Assembly (NCBI GenBank): GCA_020718065.1
Contig: DYDE01000006.1
Span: forward strand, 1-54,924
Length of the DNA: 54,924 bases
Source: Marinifilum sp.
GTDB lineage: Bacteria > Bacteroidota > Bacteroidia > Bacteroidales > CG2-30-32-10
Direction: 5' to 3'
The notes under the pieces: model-generated
What the model was told of the DNA's origin: nothing
Seen by the model: only the letters and a program-made list of their open reading frames with translations
Databases searched by the model: none
Shown here: positions 21,701 through 31,676 of the stretch, piece after piece
Numbering within the stretch: the first letter of the stretch is position 1
Layout: each line of letters begins with the position of its first letter
Position numbers and translations under genes: made by a program

Positions 21701-21931
21701 TGAGTCTATGTAGAATCTTTCTTTAGCCTTAGAAATAGAGTCGAAAAGAAATTGTTCTTTTGCCGGATTTCCATTAGATAAATTTTTAGCTAACAGTTTT
21801 ACCTCTTCGCTGTTGGCGTATTTTTTGGCATTGTTTTCAACTCTTGATGTAAATAAGCTGAATGATAGCTGATACAAACAGACCAGTGCAAATACAATAG
21901 CAAAAAATTTAATAGCACCTTTACTTTGCAT
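18794..21931 (-). CDS. secDF: Protein translocase subunit SecDF (fused)
   Basis: LGLDLKGG, RIDRFGVTQP, VIIYERIREE, GIDFLGG, IIFDRIRE. Confidence 0.97.
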   Translation of the reverse strand: MQSKGAIKFFAIVFALVCLYQLSFSLFTSRVENNAKKYANSEEVKLLAKNLSNGNPAKEQFLFDSISKAKERFYIDSMQNEVVFNILVRKYTYKDCKQREINLGLDLKGGMNVTLEVSVPEIIRALSGNSKDVTFNKAMTLAIEKQKNSTKDFVTLFGESFKEVDPNAQLMAIFGFSMKNKVAELEKSLNRKPNNEEILKMISDESNDAIDRTYNILKTRIDRFGVTQPNIQKLSTAGRILVELPGIKEPERVRKLLQGSAKLEFWETYEFHEMYTYMVQVDKVLKDRFFVTDTLKKDTINISKDTITKTKTDTTKTNSLIDKASNKTDSTSLTKNNENSVKDHPLFFYLKPSITKDQAGNVIPMRGPVLGQCEVRDTSIVNKMLNESYVKSLLPRDLKLAWSIKPEGEGVTTLSLVALRFPKNSNQPKLTGEVVTDARQDFGQNGGNEISMRMNNEGARIWKDMTSIASQDKRSIAIVLDNFVYSHPTVQSEIPNGSSQITGGFTLEEAKDLANVLKSGKLPATARIVQEEVVGPTLGKEAINAGLWSFIIAFILTMVYMIFYYNRAGMVANIALFVNMFFVFGILASLGAVLTLPGIAGIVLTLGMDVDKNVIIYERIREEIRIGKGMRLAINDGYRHAMSSIIDSNVTTLLTAIVLYIFGSGPIQGFATTLIIGILSSMFCAIFITRLIFIWMMDKNIEINVWNKMTKSFLTKINIDFIGVRKFYYVISLSVVVIGMVSLSTRGVSYGIDFLGGRSYIVRFDKEVRTDDIRIALGKVYGTEPEVKTFGPSNQVKITTSFMIKDKSNAADSIVDSKLYEGLKPLYTNNISLNDFLGHSETKTLGKLSSQKIEPTIAYSLLVNSYFAVLFALLIIFIYIAIRFKKWQWGLGGVISLFHDTFITITVFSLFYGILPFSLDVDQHFIAAILTIIGYSIMDSVIIFDRIREYTILYPKRDLKTNMNEAINSTLGRTLNTSGITFMVLLVMFIFGGEVIRGFTFALLIGIAVGTYSSVLNASPIAYDLLMWKERRKAKKEAALPMKKK

Positions 21932-21972
21932 ATCTTTTTTATTTTATTAAATTATTTTTAAATTTGAGGGTG

Positions 21973-21980
21973 CAAATATA
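21973..21980 (-). promoter_or_regulatory. -7 promoter element of secDF
   Basis: tatatttg on the minus strand ~45 bp upstream of the start. Confidence 0.55.
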
Positions 21981-22143
21981 GAATAACAAATGTTAATAAA
22001 CAATTTTATCGGTTTTAAAAAGAAAAAAAAATATTATAAATACTTGAACCTATTGTAAATGTTAATAAATCAGGTATAATAATATATTTTCTTAATATAG
22101 ATGAAAAATACATTTTTAAATTTAATTTTTTAAAAAAAACAAA

Positions 22144-22409
22144 ATGGATAAAGTAATAATTCAAAAACTGACCAATGAAAAAATAAAAGAAATGAAAATG
22201 AATGGCCAATATGGGAAAAAGAAGTCTCAAAGTTTGATTGGGAATATTCCACTGATGAGGAATGCTTTATTATAGAAGGGGAAGTTAATGTAGAAACACT
22301 TGAAGGTATTTATAATATAAAAGCTGGTGATTTTGTAACATTTAAAAGTGGTTTAAAATGTATTTGGGAAATTAAAAATAAAATAAGGAAGCATTATAAT
22401 TCTAAATAA
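22144..22409 (+). pseudogene. Frameshifted small cupin (cupin_3/DUF861-like), missing from the ORF track
   Basis: Frame 0 gives MDKVIIQKLTNEKIKEMK; the -1 frame gives NEWPIWEKEVSKFDWEYSTDEECFIIEGEV..IKAGDFVTFKSGLKCIWEI..KHYNSK*; shift lies near 22175-22200. Confidence 0.8.
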
Positions 22410-23122
22410 TTTGCTTTTTTATTGTTTAAATAAAATAATATGATCGCAGAGAAATGACATATTCCTCCTATTGAGAATAATACCCAATTGAAATATTGTG
22501 GAACATATTGACAAGCTTTTATTAAAACATTTTTACTTTCGGAAGTTTTGAATAAATCTGCAAAAGAAAAAAATTGCATCATAAAATGCAAGTAATCCTC
22601 TGTATAAGCACTAATTGTAATTAAAGAACCAATTATGAGCAATAGCCATTGTATTGCATTTATTTTTGCTTTTCCATATTTTTCGACAAAGTAAATAATA
22701 AAGAATGCAAGTGTTATCATAGTAAAAGAGTTAATGACTGGTGCAATCACAGGTCCAACCCATGTAAAGGGAATTAGAAAAAGTATATCCCATGTGAATA
22801 ATGAAAGCGGCCAGTCAATTAAAAATTTCAGAAAAATATAATAAAATATATCCCACACTGCAAAAGAGTAAATAAAAAAAGCAAATTTTTCTAAAGTAGT
22901 TCTTCCCACAAGAATTGCAATAGTAATTAGCATAATAATAGTAGCAAATTCTCTTAAAATTTCTGTTAAAGCTATGGTGTTACTTATTAATTTCATCGGA
23001 AAATCAAAACCACCCGGATAGTATAATTCTCTCAGGTAAACAACAACAGCACTTTCTAGAAAGGCCATAGCGATACTAAAAATACTAACAATTAGTATTG
23101 TCCTATAAATTTTTTTATGCAC
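22394..23122 (-). CDS. Uncharacterised multi-pass membrane protein
   Basis: ~6-7 TM segments; conserved-looking AFLESAVVVYLR, EILREFAT and WDILFLIP..WVGPVIAP. Confidence 0.8.
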   Translation of the reverse strand: MHKKIYRTILIVSIFSIAMAFLESAVVVYLRELYYPGGFDFPMKLISNTIALTEILREFATIIMLITIAILVGRTTLEKFAFFIYSFAVWDIFYYIFLKFLIDWPLSLFTWDILFLIPFTWVGPVIAPVINSFTMITLAFFIIYFVEKYGKAKINAIQWLLLIIGSLITISAYTEDYLHFMMQFFSFADLFKTSESKNVLIKACQYVPQYFNWVLFSIGGICHFSAIILFYLNNKKANYLEL

Positions 23123-23179
23123 AATAAGAGGAGTTATTTAATAATACAGGATATAATTAAGCTTTTAAATAAACAAACT

Positions 23180-24022
23180 TTAAACTTCTTTAACAATTTC
23201 GCCTAATTCTTCGAGTTTTTGAGCTGTTTTTCTTTTTACATATCTATCATCAACTGATTTCAGGATGTCGTATAGAATTTTTTTATCTTCAATTCGTTTA
23301 ATTGCATTTTTTCTGACTTCAATATCTTCTTCATTTTTTACGATAGTTGCTAATATATTTTGGTCTTCAATTTTAGCAACAGCTTCTTTTCTTACATAGT
23401 AATCAGGGTCGTTGAAAGCAATAGATTTAATTGTTTCTTGATTTGTTAATAGATGAACAGCTATTCCGCGAACGAAATAATCAGTATCGTTTTTTGCAAT
23501 GTTTTCAAGTGTTGGTTGATCAGTTATTTTTTTTAATGCATCTGCACGTAAATAAAAGTCAGGTGAGTTTTTTGCTAATTCAATCAAAAGGTTTTGATCG
23601 GTTATGGCATTAACAGCTAAAGACTTAATGTCTTTATCCTGAGCCGTTTTGGCTACATTGAATAAGCAATCCTGATTTGTAATTCTTTGTATCGCTTCTT
23701 TGCATAAATAAAAATCTTCATTATTATTCATAGCAATAGCGCATAAAGCATCAGGTGCTGAAACTTTTTTTATTGCCGCCATTTTAACATAGTAATCTTT
23801 ATCGTGTTGAGCGATATTTGTAAGAACTTCTTGATTTGATATTTTTTCGACAGCAGTTTGTCTTACATAATAATCTTTGTCATTTTGGGCAATTGTGATT
23901 AATGTATTTTCATCTTCAATTAATCTAATAGCATCAGCTCTGCTAAAATAATCGGTTGAAGTAAGGGCGATATTAATTAGTTCTTGTTGGTTAAGAGAAC
24001 TAAGGTTTTTGGTCGCAATCAT
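23180..24022 (-). CDS. HEAT-like alpha-solenoid repeat protein
   Basis: ~10 x 26-aa repeats of type DYYVRxxAVxKIxDQxxLxxIAxND. Confidence 0.8.
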   Translation of the reverse strand: MIATKNLSSLNQQELINIALTSTDYFSRADAIRLIEDENTLITIAQNDKDYYVRQTAVEKISNQEVLTNIAQHDKDYYVKMAAIKKVSAPDALCAIAMNNNEDFYLCKEAIQRITNQDCLFNVAKTAQDKDIKSLAVNAITDQNLLIELAKNSPDFYLRADALKKITDQPTLENIAKNDTDYFVRGIAVHLLTNQETIKSIAFNDPDYYVRKEAVAKIEDQNILATIVKNEEDIEVRKNAIKRIEDKKILYDILKSVDDRYVKRKTAQKLEELGEIVKEV

Positions 24023-24066
24023 TATTTTTTTTATTTAAATTGTGAATATTGGTTTAATTAATTTGG

Positions 24067-24963
24067 TTAGGCAATTGTTGTGTAATTTTCAGGATTTATG
24101 CACATAACAGGAATCTTATTGGGGTTAAAAATAATTTTCTCTATGGCTGAAACTTTCATAAATCCGGGAACAAATTTATTTGATTCATTAATAATTAATA
24201 AAAGATCGGCATTTATATCACCTGCATAGGTTATTACTTCTCCAACAAATTCATTTTTATTGCAAGCAATCGTTTTTTCAGTATAATTGATTTCTTTTTT
24301 GTCAAATAATTCTTTTATTAAAGTTACATTTTTAAGAATTTGTTGACGATATTTTGTTTGTGTGTTTAAAGATACAAGGTGTACAGTTGAATTAAAATGT
24401 TTGGCTAGTCTTGCTGCCCATTTAACTTTTTGTATGGAGTTAGCTGTAATATCAATTGGGGCTACAATATTTTCATATCCTTTACCAAATGGTCGTTTTT
24501 GAACTACAATAACAGGAACAGGCGAATTACTTATTACTTTGAGAATATAACTTCCAATAATATGCTGCATCCCTTTTTTCCCATGTGTTCCAATTATTAT
24601 AAAACTTGCACCTGTCTCTTTTGCAGCATCTCCAATTGTATTGTATATATCATTGTTTTCTCTTATAATATAATCAATATCAACATTGTATTGTATTTTC
24701 TTATCTAATGTGATTTCAGTTATTTTTTTATTGATGGCTTCTTCTAAAAATGTTTCATCTTTTAAATAAGATTTATTAATATCTTTATTAATAAGGTGTA
24801 ATAAACAAATTTTATAATCAGACCACTTTGCTGTTCCTATAGCATGTTGAACTGCAAAATCGGCTACTTCTGAAAAATCAAAAGGAACTAAAACCAAATT
24901 ATTATTATCCATTACTCTGTTTATTTTAATTTCTCCCATCTGCATTAGTTTTGGTTTGTTCAT
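24067..24963 (-). CDS. Tandem-domain universal stress protein
   Basis: LVPFDFS, IGTHG, VISNSPVPVIVV and a second Usp-like domain; true start may be the internal Met (MDNNN). Confidence 0.88.
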   Translation of the reverse strand: MNKPKLMQMGEIKINRVMDNNNLVLVPFDFSEVADFAVQHAIGTAKWSDYKICLLHLINKDINKSYLKDETFLEEAINKKITEITLDKKIQYNVDIDYIIRENNDIYNTIGDAAKETGASFIIIGTHGKKGMQHIIGSYILKVISNSPVPVIVVQKRPFGKGYENIVAPIDITANSIQKVKWAARLAKHFNSTVHLVSLNTQTKYRQQILKNVTLIKELFDKKEINYTEKTIACNKNEFVGEVITYAGDINADLLLIINESNKFVPGFMKVSAIEKIIFNPNKIPVMCINPENYTTIA

Positions 24964-25156
24964 TCGTTTTCAAAATTAACATAACAAACCTACATATTTT
25001 TTTTTATAAATACAACTACTTATTTTTTATTTTAGTAAACTAATAATAATTCATTGATAAACTACTCATTTAATCTAATGTTTTCAGCTAATTTTAAAAT
25101 AAAAATATGTACATTCATTTAATTTATAATTTTGTGTTTCATTAAAGTATATAAAA

Positions 25157-26428
25157 TTGGTAAGGAATATTAAAGAACATGATGCTTATGCAGTATTGCG
25201 TTTGAAAGATTTTAGATTGTTTATTTTGGGTCGTTTTTTTCTAACGATTGCAATACAAATGCAATCTGTTATTGTTGGCTGGCAAATATATGAACAAACA
25301 CATGATGCATTATCTTTAGGATTAATCGGATTGGCTGAAGCAATCCCTTTTTTATGTGTTGCCTTATTTGCTGGTCATGTGGCTGATGTGGTAAATCGTA
25401 AAAAAATTATTATTGCCACTGTTGTGTTTTATTTTTTTGGAGCAGTAGCTTTATTTTTGCTTAGTTATAAGTTTACTTCAGTTTTTCAACATTTAGGTAG
25501 TTTGCCAATATATGGAGTGGTTTTTTTAACAGGAATAGCCAGAGGGTTTCATTACCCGGCTCAGGCAGCATTTATGGCTCAAATTGTCCCAAGAAAACTA
25601 TATGCCAATTCATCCACGTGGAATAGTACAATATGGCATATTGCTGCTATTTCCGGACCAGCATTGGGAGGTTTGTTTTATGGTTTTTTTGGTATTGATA
25701 TTGCTTATTTTACTGTTGTTTGTTTTGTTATCTTAAGCTTTATCTTATTTGCAGTTGTTAAAAATATAGATCTACCAGCTAAGGAAGAAAATGAATCTTT
25801 GTTTCGTAGTTTAACATCAGGTGTTATATTTGTTTTTAAAAATCAAATTATTTTAGGAGCGATGACATTGGATATGTTTGCTGTTTTATTTGGTGGTGCT
25901 GTTGCTCTTTTACCAATATTTGCAGGAGAAGTTTTGAAAGTAGGTCCGGAAGGACTTGGCTTTCTTAGGGCTGCTCCTGCTGCTGGCGCTGTTCTGATGG
26001 CATTAATTCTTGCATTTAAGCCACCTTTGAAACATGCAGGTTATAATTTATTAATAGGGGTATGTGGTTTTGGAATAAGTATTATTATTTTTGCCATTTC
26101 TTCTAATTTTTATTTATCATTATTTTTGTTAGCATTAAGTGGAATGTTCGATAATATAAGTGTTATATTAAGAAATACAATTATGCAATTGTTTACTCCC
26201 GATAATATGAGGGGAAGGGTTGCTTCGGTCAACAGCATTTTTATTGGGTCTTCTAACGAAATTGGTTCTTTTGAATCAGGGCTTGCTGCTAAACTATTAG
26301 GACTGATACCTTCTGTTATTTTTGGTGGAAGTATGACTGTGTTAATAGCTTTATCCACATTTAAGTTTGCACCTAACCTGAGGAAATTAAATTTACAAGC
26401 TTATATTAAAGAAAGGGAAGGGAAATAA
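25157..26428 (+). CDS. MFS transporter (MFS_3 / EntS-like)
   Basis: ~12 TM; GHVADVVNRKK and TPDNMRGRV..SNEIGSFESG motifs. Confidence 0.92.
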   Translation: MVRNIKEHDAYAVLRLKDFRLFILGRFFLTIAIQMQSVIVGWQIYEQTHDALSLGLIGLAEAIPFLCVALFAGHVADVVNRKKIIIATVVFYFFGAVALFLLSYKFTSVFQHLGSLPIYGVVFLTGIARGFHYPAQAAFMAQIVPRKLYANSSTWNSTIWHIAAISGPALGGLFYGFFGIDIAYFTVVCFVILSFILFAVVKNIDLPAKEENESLFRSLTSGVIFVFKNQIILGAMTLDMFAVLFGGAVALLPIFAGEVLKVGPEGLGFLRAAPAAGAVLMALILAFKPPLKHAGYNLLIGVCGFGISIIIFAISSNFYLSLFLLALSGMFDNISVILRNTIMQLFTPDNMRGRVASVNSIFIGSSNEIGSFESGLAAKLLGLIPSVIFGGSMTVLIALSTFKFAPNLRKLNLQAYIKEREGK

Positions 26429-26495
26429 TTATACAATAACAATTAACATGTTTTCTTTTTGATTAAATTTTTGTAATTGTTTATTGGTAATGTAA

Positions 26496-27209
26496 TTAGA
26501 AATTTGGTTTTAAAGAATATTTATTATAAAAATCTTCAATACATTTAGTAGCTTCATCAGCAGTATCAACACACACAATAAGATCAAGGTCCTCTGGGCT
26601 AACATTTTTTTCTTCTAATAGAGCGCTTTTAATCCATTCGAGCAGTCCGCTCCAGTAGCTTTTTTGCATAAGAACAATAGGGAAACGAGCAATTTTCTCA
26701 GTTTGTATGAGGGTAAGTGCTTCAAATAATTCATCTAATGTGCCAAAACCGCCTGGTAAAACTATAAAGCCTTGAGAATATTTCATAAACATTACTTTGC
26801 GAACAAAGAAATAATCAAAAGCCAATAGTTTGTCTGAATCAATAAAAGGATTAGAGCTTTGTTCAAATGGAAGTTTTATATTTAGACCCACAGAACGACC
26901 ATTTGCATAATGTGCTCCTTTATTGGCTGCTTCCATTATACCAGGTCCTCCACCGGTAATTATTCCAAAACCTGCTTTGGTTAGTTTATAAGCTACTTCT
27001 TCTGCCAGTTTGTAATAAGGATGTTGAGTTTTTGTTCTTGCAGATCCAAAAATTGTCACACAAGGACCTATAATAGCCATTTTTTCAAAACCTTCTACAA
27101 ACTCTGCCATTATCTTGAATATCTGCCACGAATCTGAAGTCTTTATCTCATGCCATTCCTTTGGGGTTAATGCTTCTCTTATTTTATCTTCATCATTAAA
27201 ACTTCTCAT
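26496..27209 (-). CDS. LOG / TIGR00730 family Rossmann-fold protein
   Basis: TGGGPGIMEA, FFVRKVMF and PGGFGTLDE motifs. Confidence 0.95.
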   Translation of the reverse strand: MRSFNDEDKIREALTPKEWHEIKTSDSWQIFKIMAEFVEGFEKMAIIGPCVTIFGSARTKTQHPYYKLAEEVAYKLTKAGFGIITGGGPGIMEAANKGAHYANGRSVGLNIKLPFEQSSNPFIDSDKLLAFDYFFVRKVMFMKYSQGFIVLPGGFGTLDELFEALTLIQTEKIARFPIVLMQKSYWSGLLEWIKSALLEEKNVSPEDLDLIVCVDTADEATKCIEDFYNKYSLKPNF

Positions 27210-27480
27210 ATATCCTTTATATTTTATTAACTCATTCTTTTAAAAATTATGTAAAAATAAAGAATATTTAGTTTGTAGTAAATTTTTTAATCAAATAATT
27301 CATTTCATAAAAACTATGAAATACTTATCTTTCTATTGTTAGAAACAATATCGCAGCTTATGGCTGTTATAATTAAAAATAGAGCTTATCGAAAATCAAT
27401 TGCATTTATAGATAATACAGGTAAAAAATAGAATACAGAAACTTCACCAAAATAAATTTTCAGTTTTACTTTTGATGATT

Positions 27481-28962
27481 TTATTTTCGTAAACCATAAA
27501 CAGTGCGATAATGATAGCCGTAAATTGAATATTCAATTGCATCTGCCAATAAACCTGGACGCATAAAAAGTGTCCATATGATAAATTTCCAATAATCGCC
27601 TCTTCCTTTGTTGATTACTCCAATTATAAAAATTGATTTAATTAATGCTTTAATTTTAGCAAGATTTAACTTAAATGGAGTTGTATTGTTGGGTATATAA
27701 TTTAGAAATAATTTTCGTATCCTTTTATAGTAAGGTTTTGTTGTATATATTTCACTGATAATTCTCTTATATCCTTCAATTAATTCATTATAGTTCATTC
27801 GCGGTACAAAATTCATTGATAAATCTGTATTGCTGCCAGTAACTTCTGTAGTCAATCTGTCTTCGGCTTCCAGGCGATCATAAAGCTTTGTGTTTTTGGG
27901 AGCATTTAGCAAACCAACCATGGCTGAAACAATTCCACTTTGCTGAATAAAATCGATTTGTCGTTGAAAAACAGAAGAAGAATCACTGTCGAAACCTATG
28001 ATAAATCCACCTGAAACTTGCATGCCTGCATTTTGTATTTTTTTAATGTTTTGTAAAAGGTCACGGTTTTTATTTTGTAATTTATTACACTCCTGAAGTG
28101 AATTTTCTTCAGGTGTTTCTATTCCTATAAATACAGACATAAATCCAGTATCTGCCATTAGTTTCATAAGTTCATTGTCATCAGAAAGGTTTATTGTTGC
28201 TTCTGTATTGAATGTAAAAGGATATTTGTGAATCTGCATCCATTCTTTCATTGCAGGAAGTAATTCGTATTTGATAAAATTTTTATTTCCTATAAAATTA
28301 TCATCTACTACAAAAATATTACCTCTCCATTTAAGCTCGTATAATTTGTCTAATTCATTAAGAATTTGTTTTGTAGTTTTCATTCTCACCTTATGTCCTA
28401 ACAGGGATGTTATTTCGCAGAATTCGCAGGAAAAAGGACAGCCACGCGAAACCTGAATATTCATAAATGCATATTTAGATCTGGCTAATAATTGAAAATC
28501 AGGAACTGGTGTAGATGTAATTTCTGGGAATTCTGTTGTCTTATATATTCTTTTGGGATGTCCCTCTTTTAAATCATTAAGAAAAAGAGGTAATGTTAAT
28601 TCAGCTTCATTCAGTATAAGATGATCAATTTTAGGATAGCTATCATATTCTTGAGTAAACAAAGGTCCACCAGCAACCATTTTTACACCCAATTTTGAAC
28701 ATTCATTTATTATAGTATTTACTGATTCCTTCTGGATATGCATAGCGCTGATAAATACATAATCAGCCCAAAGAATATCTTTTGTTTTCAATGGCGCAAC
28801 ATTCATATCAACAAGCTTTTTTTCCCACTCTGTGGGTAGCATGGCAGAAACAGTAATTAATCCAAGAGGAGGAACTGCAGCTTTTTTAGAAATAAAACGT
28901 AATGCATGTTTGAAATTCCAGAACGAGTCAGGATAAATAGGATATACCAGTAAGATTTTCAT
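27481..28962 (-). CDS. B12-binding radical SAM protein (DUF4070, HpnP-like class B)
   Basis: PPLGLITV B12-binding N-terminus; SRGCPFSCEFC (CxxxCxxC); VDDNFIGN. Confidence 0.9.
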   Translation of the reverse strand: MKILLVYPIYPDSFWNFKHALRFISKKAAVPPLGLITVSAMLPTEWEKKLVDMNVAPLKTKDILWADYVFISAMHIQKESVNTIINECSKLGVKMVAGGPLFTQEYDSYPKIDHLILNEAELTLPLFLNDLKEGHPKRIYKTTEFPEITSTPVPDFQLLARSKYAFMNIQVSRGCPFSCEFCEITSLLGHKVRMKTTKQILNELDKLYELKWRGNIFVVDDNFIGNKNFIKYELLPAMKEWMQIHKYPFTFNTEATINLSDDNELMKLMADTGFMSVFIGIETPEENSLQECNKLQNKNRDLLQNIKKIQNAGMQVSGGFIIGFDSDSSSVFQRQIDFIQQSGIVSAMVGLLNAPKNTKLYDRLEAEDRLTTEVTGSNTDLSMNFVPRMNYNELIEGYKRIISEIYTTKPYYKRIRKLFLNYIPNNTTPFKLNLAKIKALIKSIFIIGVINKGRGDYWKFIIWTLFMRPGLLADAIEYSIYGYHYRTVYGLRK

Positions 28963-29055
28963 AAAAGTAATAGAATTTTCTTTTTGTTATTTATTAATCT
29001 GCTATTTGTTTCTATTTGAAAATTAAACAATAAGCACATTTTATAGTTTATTTAA

Positions 29056-29108
29056 TTAACAATACTATTTCCCTGATTTAATTTCTATAAGGAAAATAGT
29101 ATTGTTGA
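29056..29108. promoter_or_regulatory. Long inverted repeat in the 5' leader of the radical SAM gene
   Basis: aacaatactattt (29058-29070) / aaatagtattgtt (29094-29106), perfect 13-bp arms. Confidence 0.55.
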
Positions 29109-29129
29109 ATTTTTAAATAACCCATGAGG

Positions 29130-29191
29130 TAAAGTTACAAAAGCATGCAAGTAAAAGTGTTATATAATTCTTGGAAAAAATTACAAAATTC
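29130..29191 (-). promoter_or_regulatory. Putative AraC tandem direct-repeat site plus -7-like element
   Basis: Minus strand gaattttgtaa / gaattatataa at a 21-bp period, followed by taacttta (29130-29137). Confidence 0.5.
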
Positions 29192-29750
29192 ACACATTTT
29201 CAAGAGTACTGCGTCTTTTGTTTTTTAATTGTTTGAAAAAGCTGGGGGTTAAGCCGGTAACTTTTTTGAATTGACTGGATAAATGCGCAACGCTACTGTA
29301 ATTGAGTTTATATGATATTTCTGTAAGATTAAGTTCGTCATATATAAGCATTTCTTTAACCTTTTCAATTTTATGTAGTATTATGTAATGTTCAATATTG
29401 ATACCGGTTACTTCTGAAAAAAGATTAGAAAGATAAGTATAATCATGATTTAGTTTTTCACTTATATAATCGGACTTTTTTATTTTAGGTAGTTCATCAG
29501 AATAATGTATCATTTCTATAATAACATTTTTAATTCTCTCAATTAAAATTGCTTTTTTGTCATCCATCAGTTCTAATCCTGCTTTTAATAAAGCAATCTT
29601 CAATTTTTCTCTTTGTTCGGCCGATATGTCCTCTCTTATTTCCACTTCGCCCAAGTTTACAAAAACAAAATGTAGCCCAAGTTTGTTTAACTCCGATTTC
29701 ACCAGCATTTTGCAGCGATTTGAAACCATATATTTGATGAATAGCTTCAA
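29190..29750 (-). CDS. AraC family transcriptional regulator
   Basis: YLSNLFSEVTG...LNYSSVAHLSSQFKKVTGLTPS double HTH; TTG start. Confidence 0.92.
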   Translation of the reverse strand: MKLFIKYMVSNRCKMLVKSELNKLGLHFVFVNLGEVEIREDISAEQREKLKIALLKAGLELMDDKKAILIERIKNVIIEMIHYSDELPKIKKSDYISEKLNHDYTYLSNLFSEVTGINIEHYIILHKIEKVKEMLIYDELNLTEISYKLNYSSVAHLSSQFKKVTGLTPSFFKQLKNKRRSTLENV

Positions 29751-29985
29751 TAAATTTTGTGTTTATGGTTAGGTACTTAAAAATGAAATCACTAACAAAC
29801 ATAAATAAAATTAGGAAAAAATACAAAGAAAAATTGTAGAAAATCAGAATTAATTCTCTATACTTAAATGAATAAAATACTTTAAAAAAAGAATATATGC
29901 TTGAAAAATCTAATTAAAGTAATCCTAAATAGTATAATTTTAAAAAATGCTTTATATGTTGGTTTTATCTAAATTGTTTGTTTTT

Positions 29986-30786
29986 TTATTTTCCTAAAGC
30001 ACCTTTTCTAAGCATCTGATAATTTATTGTAATGAATAATGCGATATACAAAACACAGACTGTAATGTTAAGTAATGAAAAATCATATGCAACATTTTTT
30101 CCCAATAATTTTCCAAGTGGATTAGGAACCAATTTATCGATGAGGTTCATAGGAAAGAAGCGGGTGATATAATCTGGTAATTTAAATGATATGAGATTTT
30201 CAATGACAATGGTATATAAAAACAACATACCAATAACAAAACCTGATCTTTTGAGCCATGAGCTTAAAAAATAGGCAAAGTTTAAATAAAGCAATAAAGA
30301 AAAGAAATAGGAAAAAATAATACCCGAACCTTCAAAAATGTTAGTATCTCCATAATAGTTTCCAAGAATGAGCGTTAATGTTATAAGAAGTATAACTCCA
30401 ATCAAACTTAAAATCAATATTATAAGTTCTTTTGCCCATATTATTTCCCATTTACTCATTCCATCTATTATGTTTTGTCTTATTGTTCTATAGCTATACT
30501 CATTGGTAACAATTATAACTACAATTAAAGCAAGCAATAGTTTGAACCAGCTTGCTAGATAAGCCATGTTTAACCAAATATCGGGAAAATTGGAAACAGA
30601 GTATCCTTGTAAAATTAAATTTCCCATGGATGATTGTTTACTCCCATTCCCAATACGTACTGATCCGATAATGTTTTCAAATCCAAATGCAATGGGAGCC
30701 AAAAGGATTATATATAACCCTAATAATATCCAAAATGTTTTGCTGTAAATTATCTTATGTAATTCTATTTTAAGTAATCTGATCAT
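29986..30786 (-). CDS. ABC transporter permease
   Basis: ~6 TM; NEYSYRTIRQNIIDG motif; adjacent to ATPase. Confidence 0.88.
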   Translation of the reverse strand: MIRLLKIELHKIIYSKTFWILLGLYIILLAPIAFGFENIIGSVRIGNGSKQSSMGNLILQGYSVSNFPDIWLNMAYLASWFKLLLALIVVIIVTNEYSYRTIRQNIIDGMSKWEIIWAKELIILILSLIGVILLITLTLILGNYYGDTNIFEGSGIIFSYFFSLLLYLNFAYFLSSWLKRSGFVIGMLFLYTIVIENLISFKLPDYITRFFPMNLIDKLVPNPLGKLLGKNVAYDFSLLNITVCVLYIALFITINYQMLRKGALGK

Positions 30787-30788
30787 AA

Positions 30789-31676
30789 TTAATTGGTTAT
30801 TTCTAAAAATTGCATTTCTAAATTTTTCTTTCTGCTGGCAAGATGTGTTAAAGCTATTCCTTTACTGAAAAAATATTTATTAATTTCTCCATTTGATATT
30901 TTCTTAGAAAGTTTAACTATATATTTATCTAACTCTAATTTTACATCCACTACCATAGCAAATTCTTTTATTGCAATATGTAGTTCTTCCATATTGTCTG
31001 CTTTTAGTTCAAGTAAATATGTTTCACCAAGAATTTCATCAACCTTCCCTTGTACCAATAAAGCACCTTTTTTTATGATGGCTACATGAGAACATACTTT
31101 CTCAACTTCATCAAGCATGTGACTGGCAAGAATAATGGTGATACCTTGTTTGGCAACTTTAAGAATTATATTTCTTATTTCTGCTATTCCTTGTGGATCC
31201 AATCCATTGGTGGGTTCATCTAAAACCAAAACTTCCGGATTGCCCAGTAGAGCTGCAGCAATTGATAACCTTTGCTTCATTCCCAATGAAAATGTTTTGA
31301 ACTTATCTTTTCTTCTGTCAAAAAGATCAACAATTTTCAAAACCCTCTCAATATCTGAATAGGGTGCTTCTTTAATTTCAGCTGAAATCATCAGATTTCT
31401 TTCTGCTGACAGGTATCCATAAAAGTTTGGGGTTTCCACTATCGCTCCAATCTTCTTTCTTGAGAGATTAGTGGGTGCTTGTCCAAACCATTCATAAGTG
31501 CCTTTGTTTTGTGGAATGATATCCAGTATAATTCCCAAGGTTGTGGTCTTACCACTTCCATTTGGTCCAAGTAATCCAAATACAGAACCTTTTTCAATCT
31601 CTAAAGATACCTCTTTGAGTACTTGTAAAGACCCATATTTTTTTGTTAAGTTGTAAGTGTTTAACACTTTTGTCAT
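30789..31676 (-). CDS. ABC transporter ATP-binding protein (BcrA-like)
   Basis: GPNGSGKTT, FSLGMKQR and LDEPTNGLDP motifs. Confidence 0.95.
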   Translation of the reverse strand: MTKVLNTYNLTKKYGSLQVLKEVSLEIEKGSVFGLLGPNGSGKTTTLGIILDIIPQNKGTYEWFGQAPTNLSRKKIGAIVETPNFYGYLSAERNLMISAEIKEAPYSDIERVLKIVDLFDRRKDKFKTFSLGMKQRLSIAAALLGNPEVLVLDEPTNGLDPQGIAEIRNIILKVAKQGITIILASHMLDEVEKVCSHVAIIKKGALLVQGKVDEILGETYLLELKADNMEELHIAIKEFAMVVDVKLELDKYIVKLSKKISNGEINKYFFSKGIALTHLASRKKNLEMQFLEITN

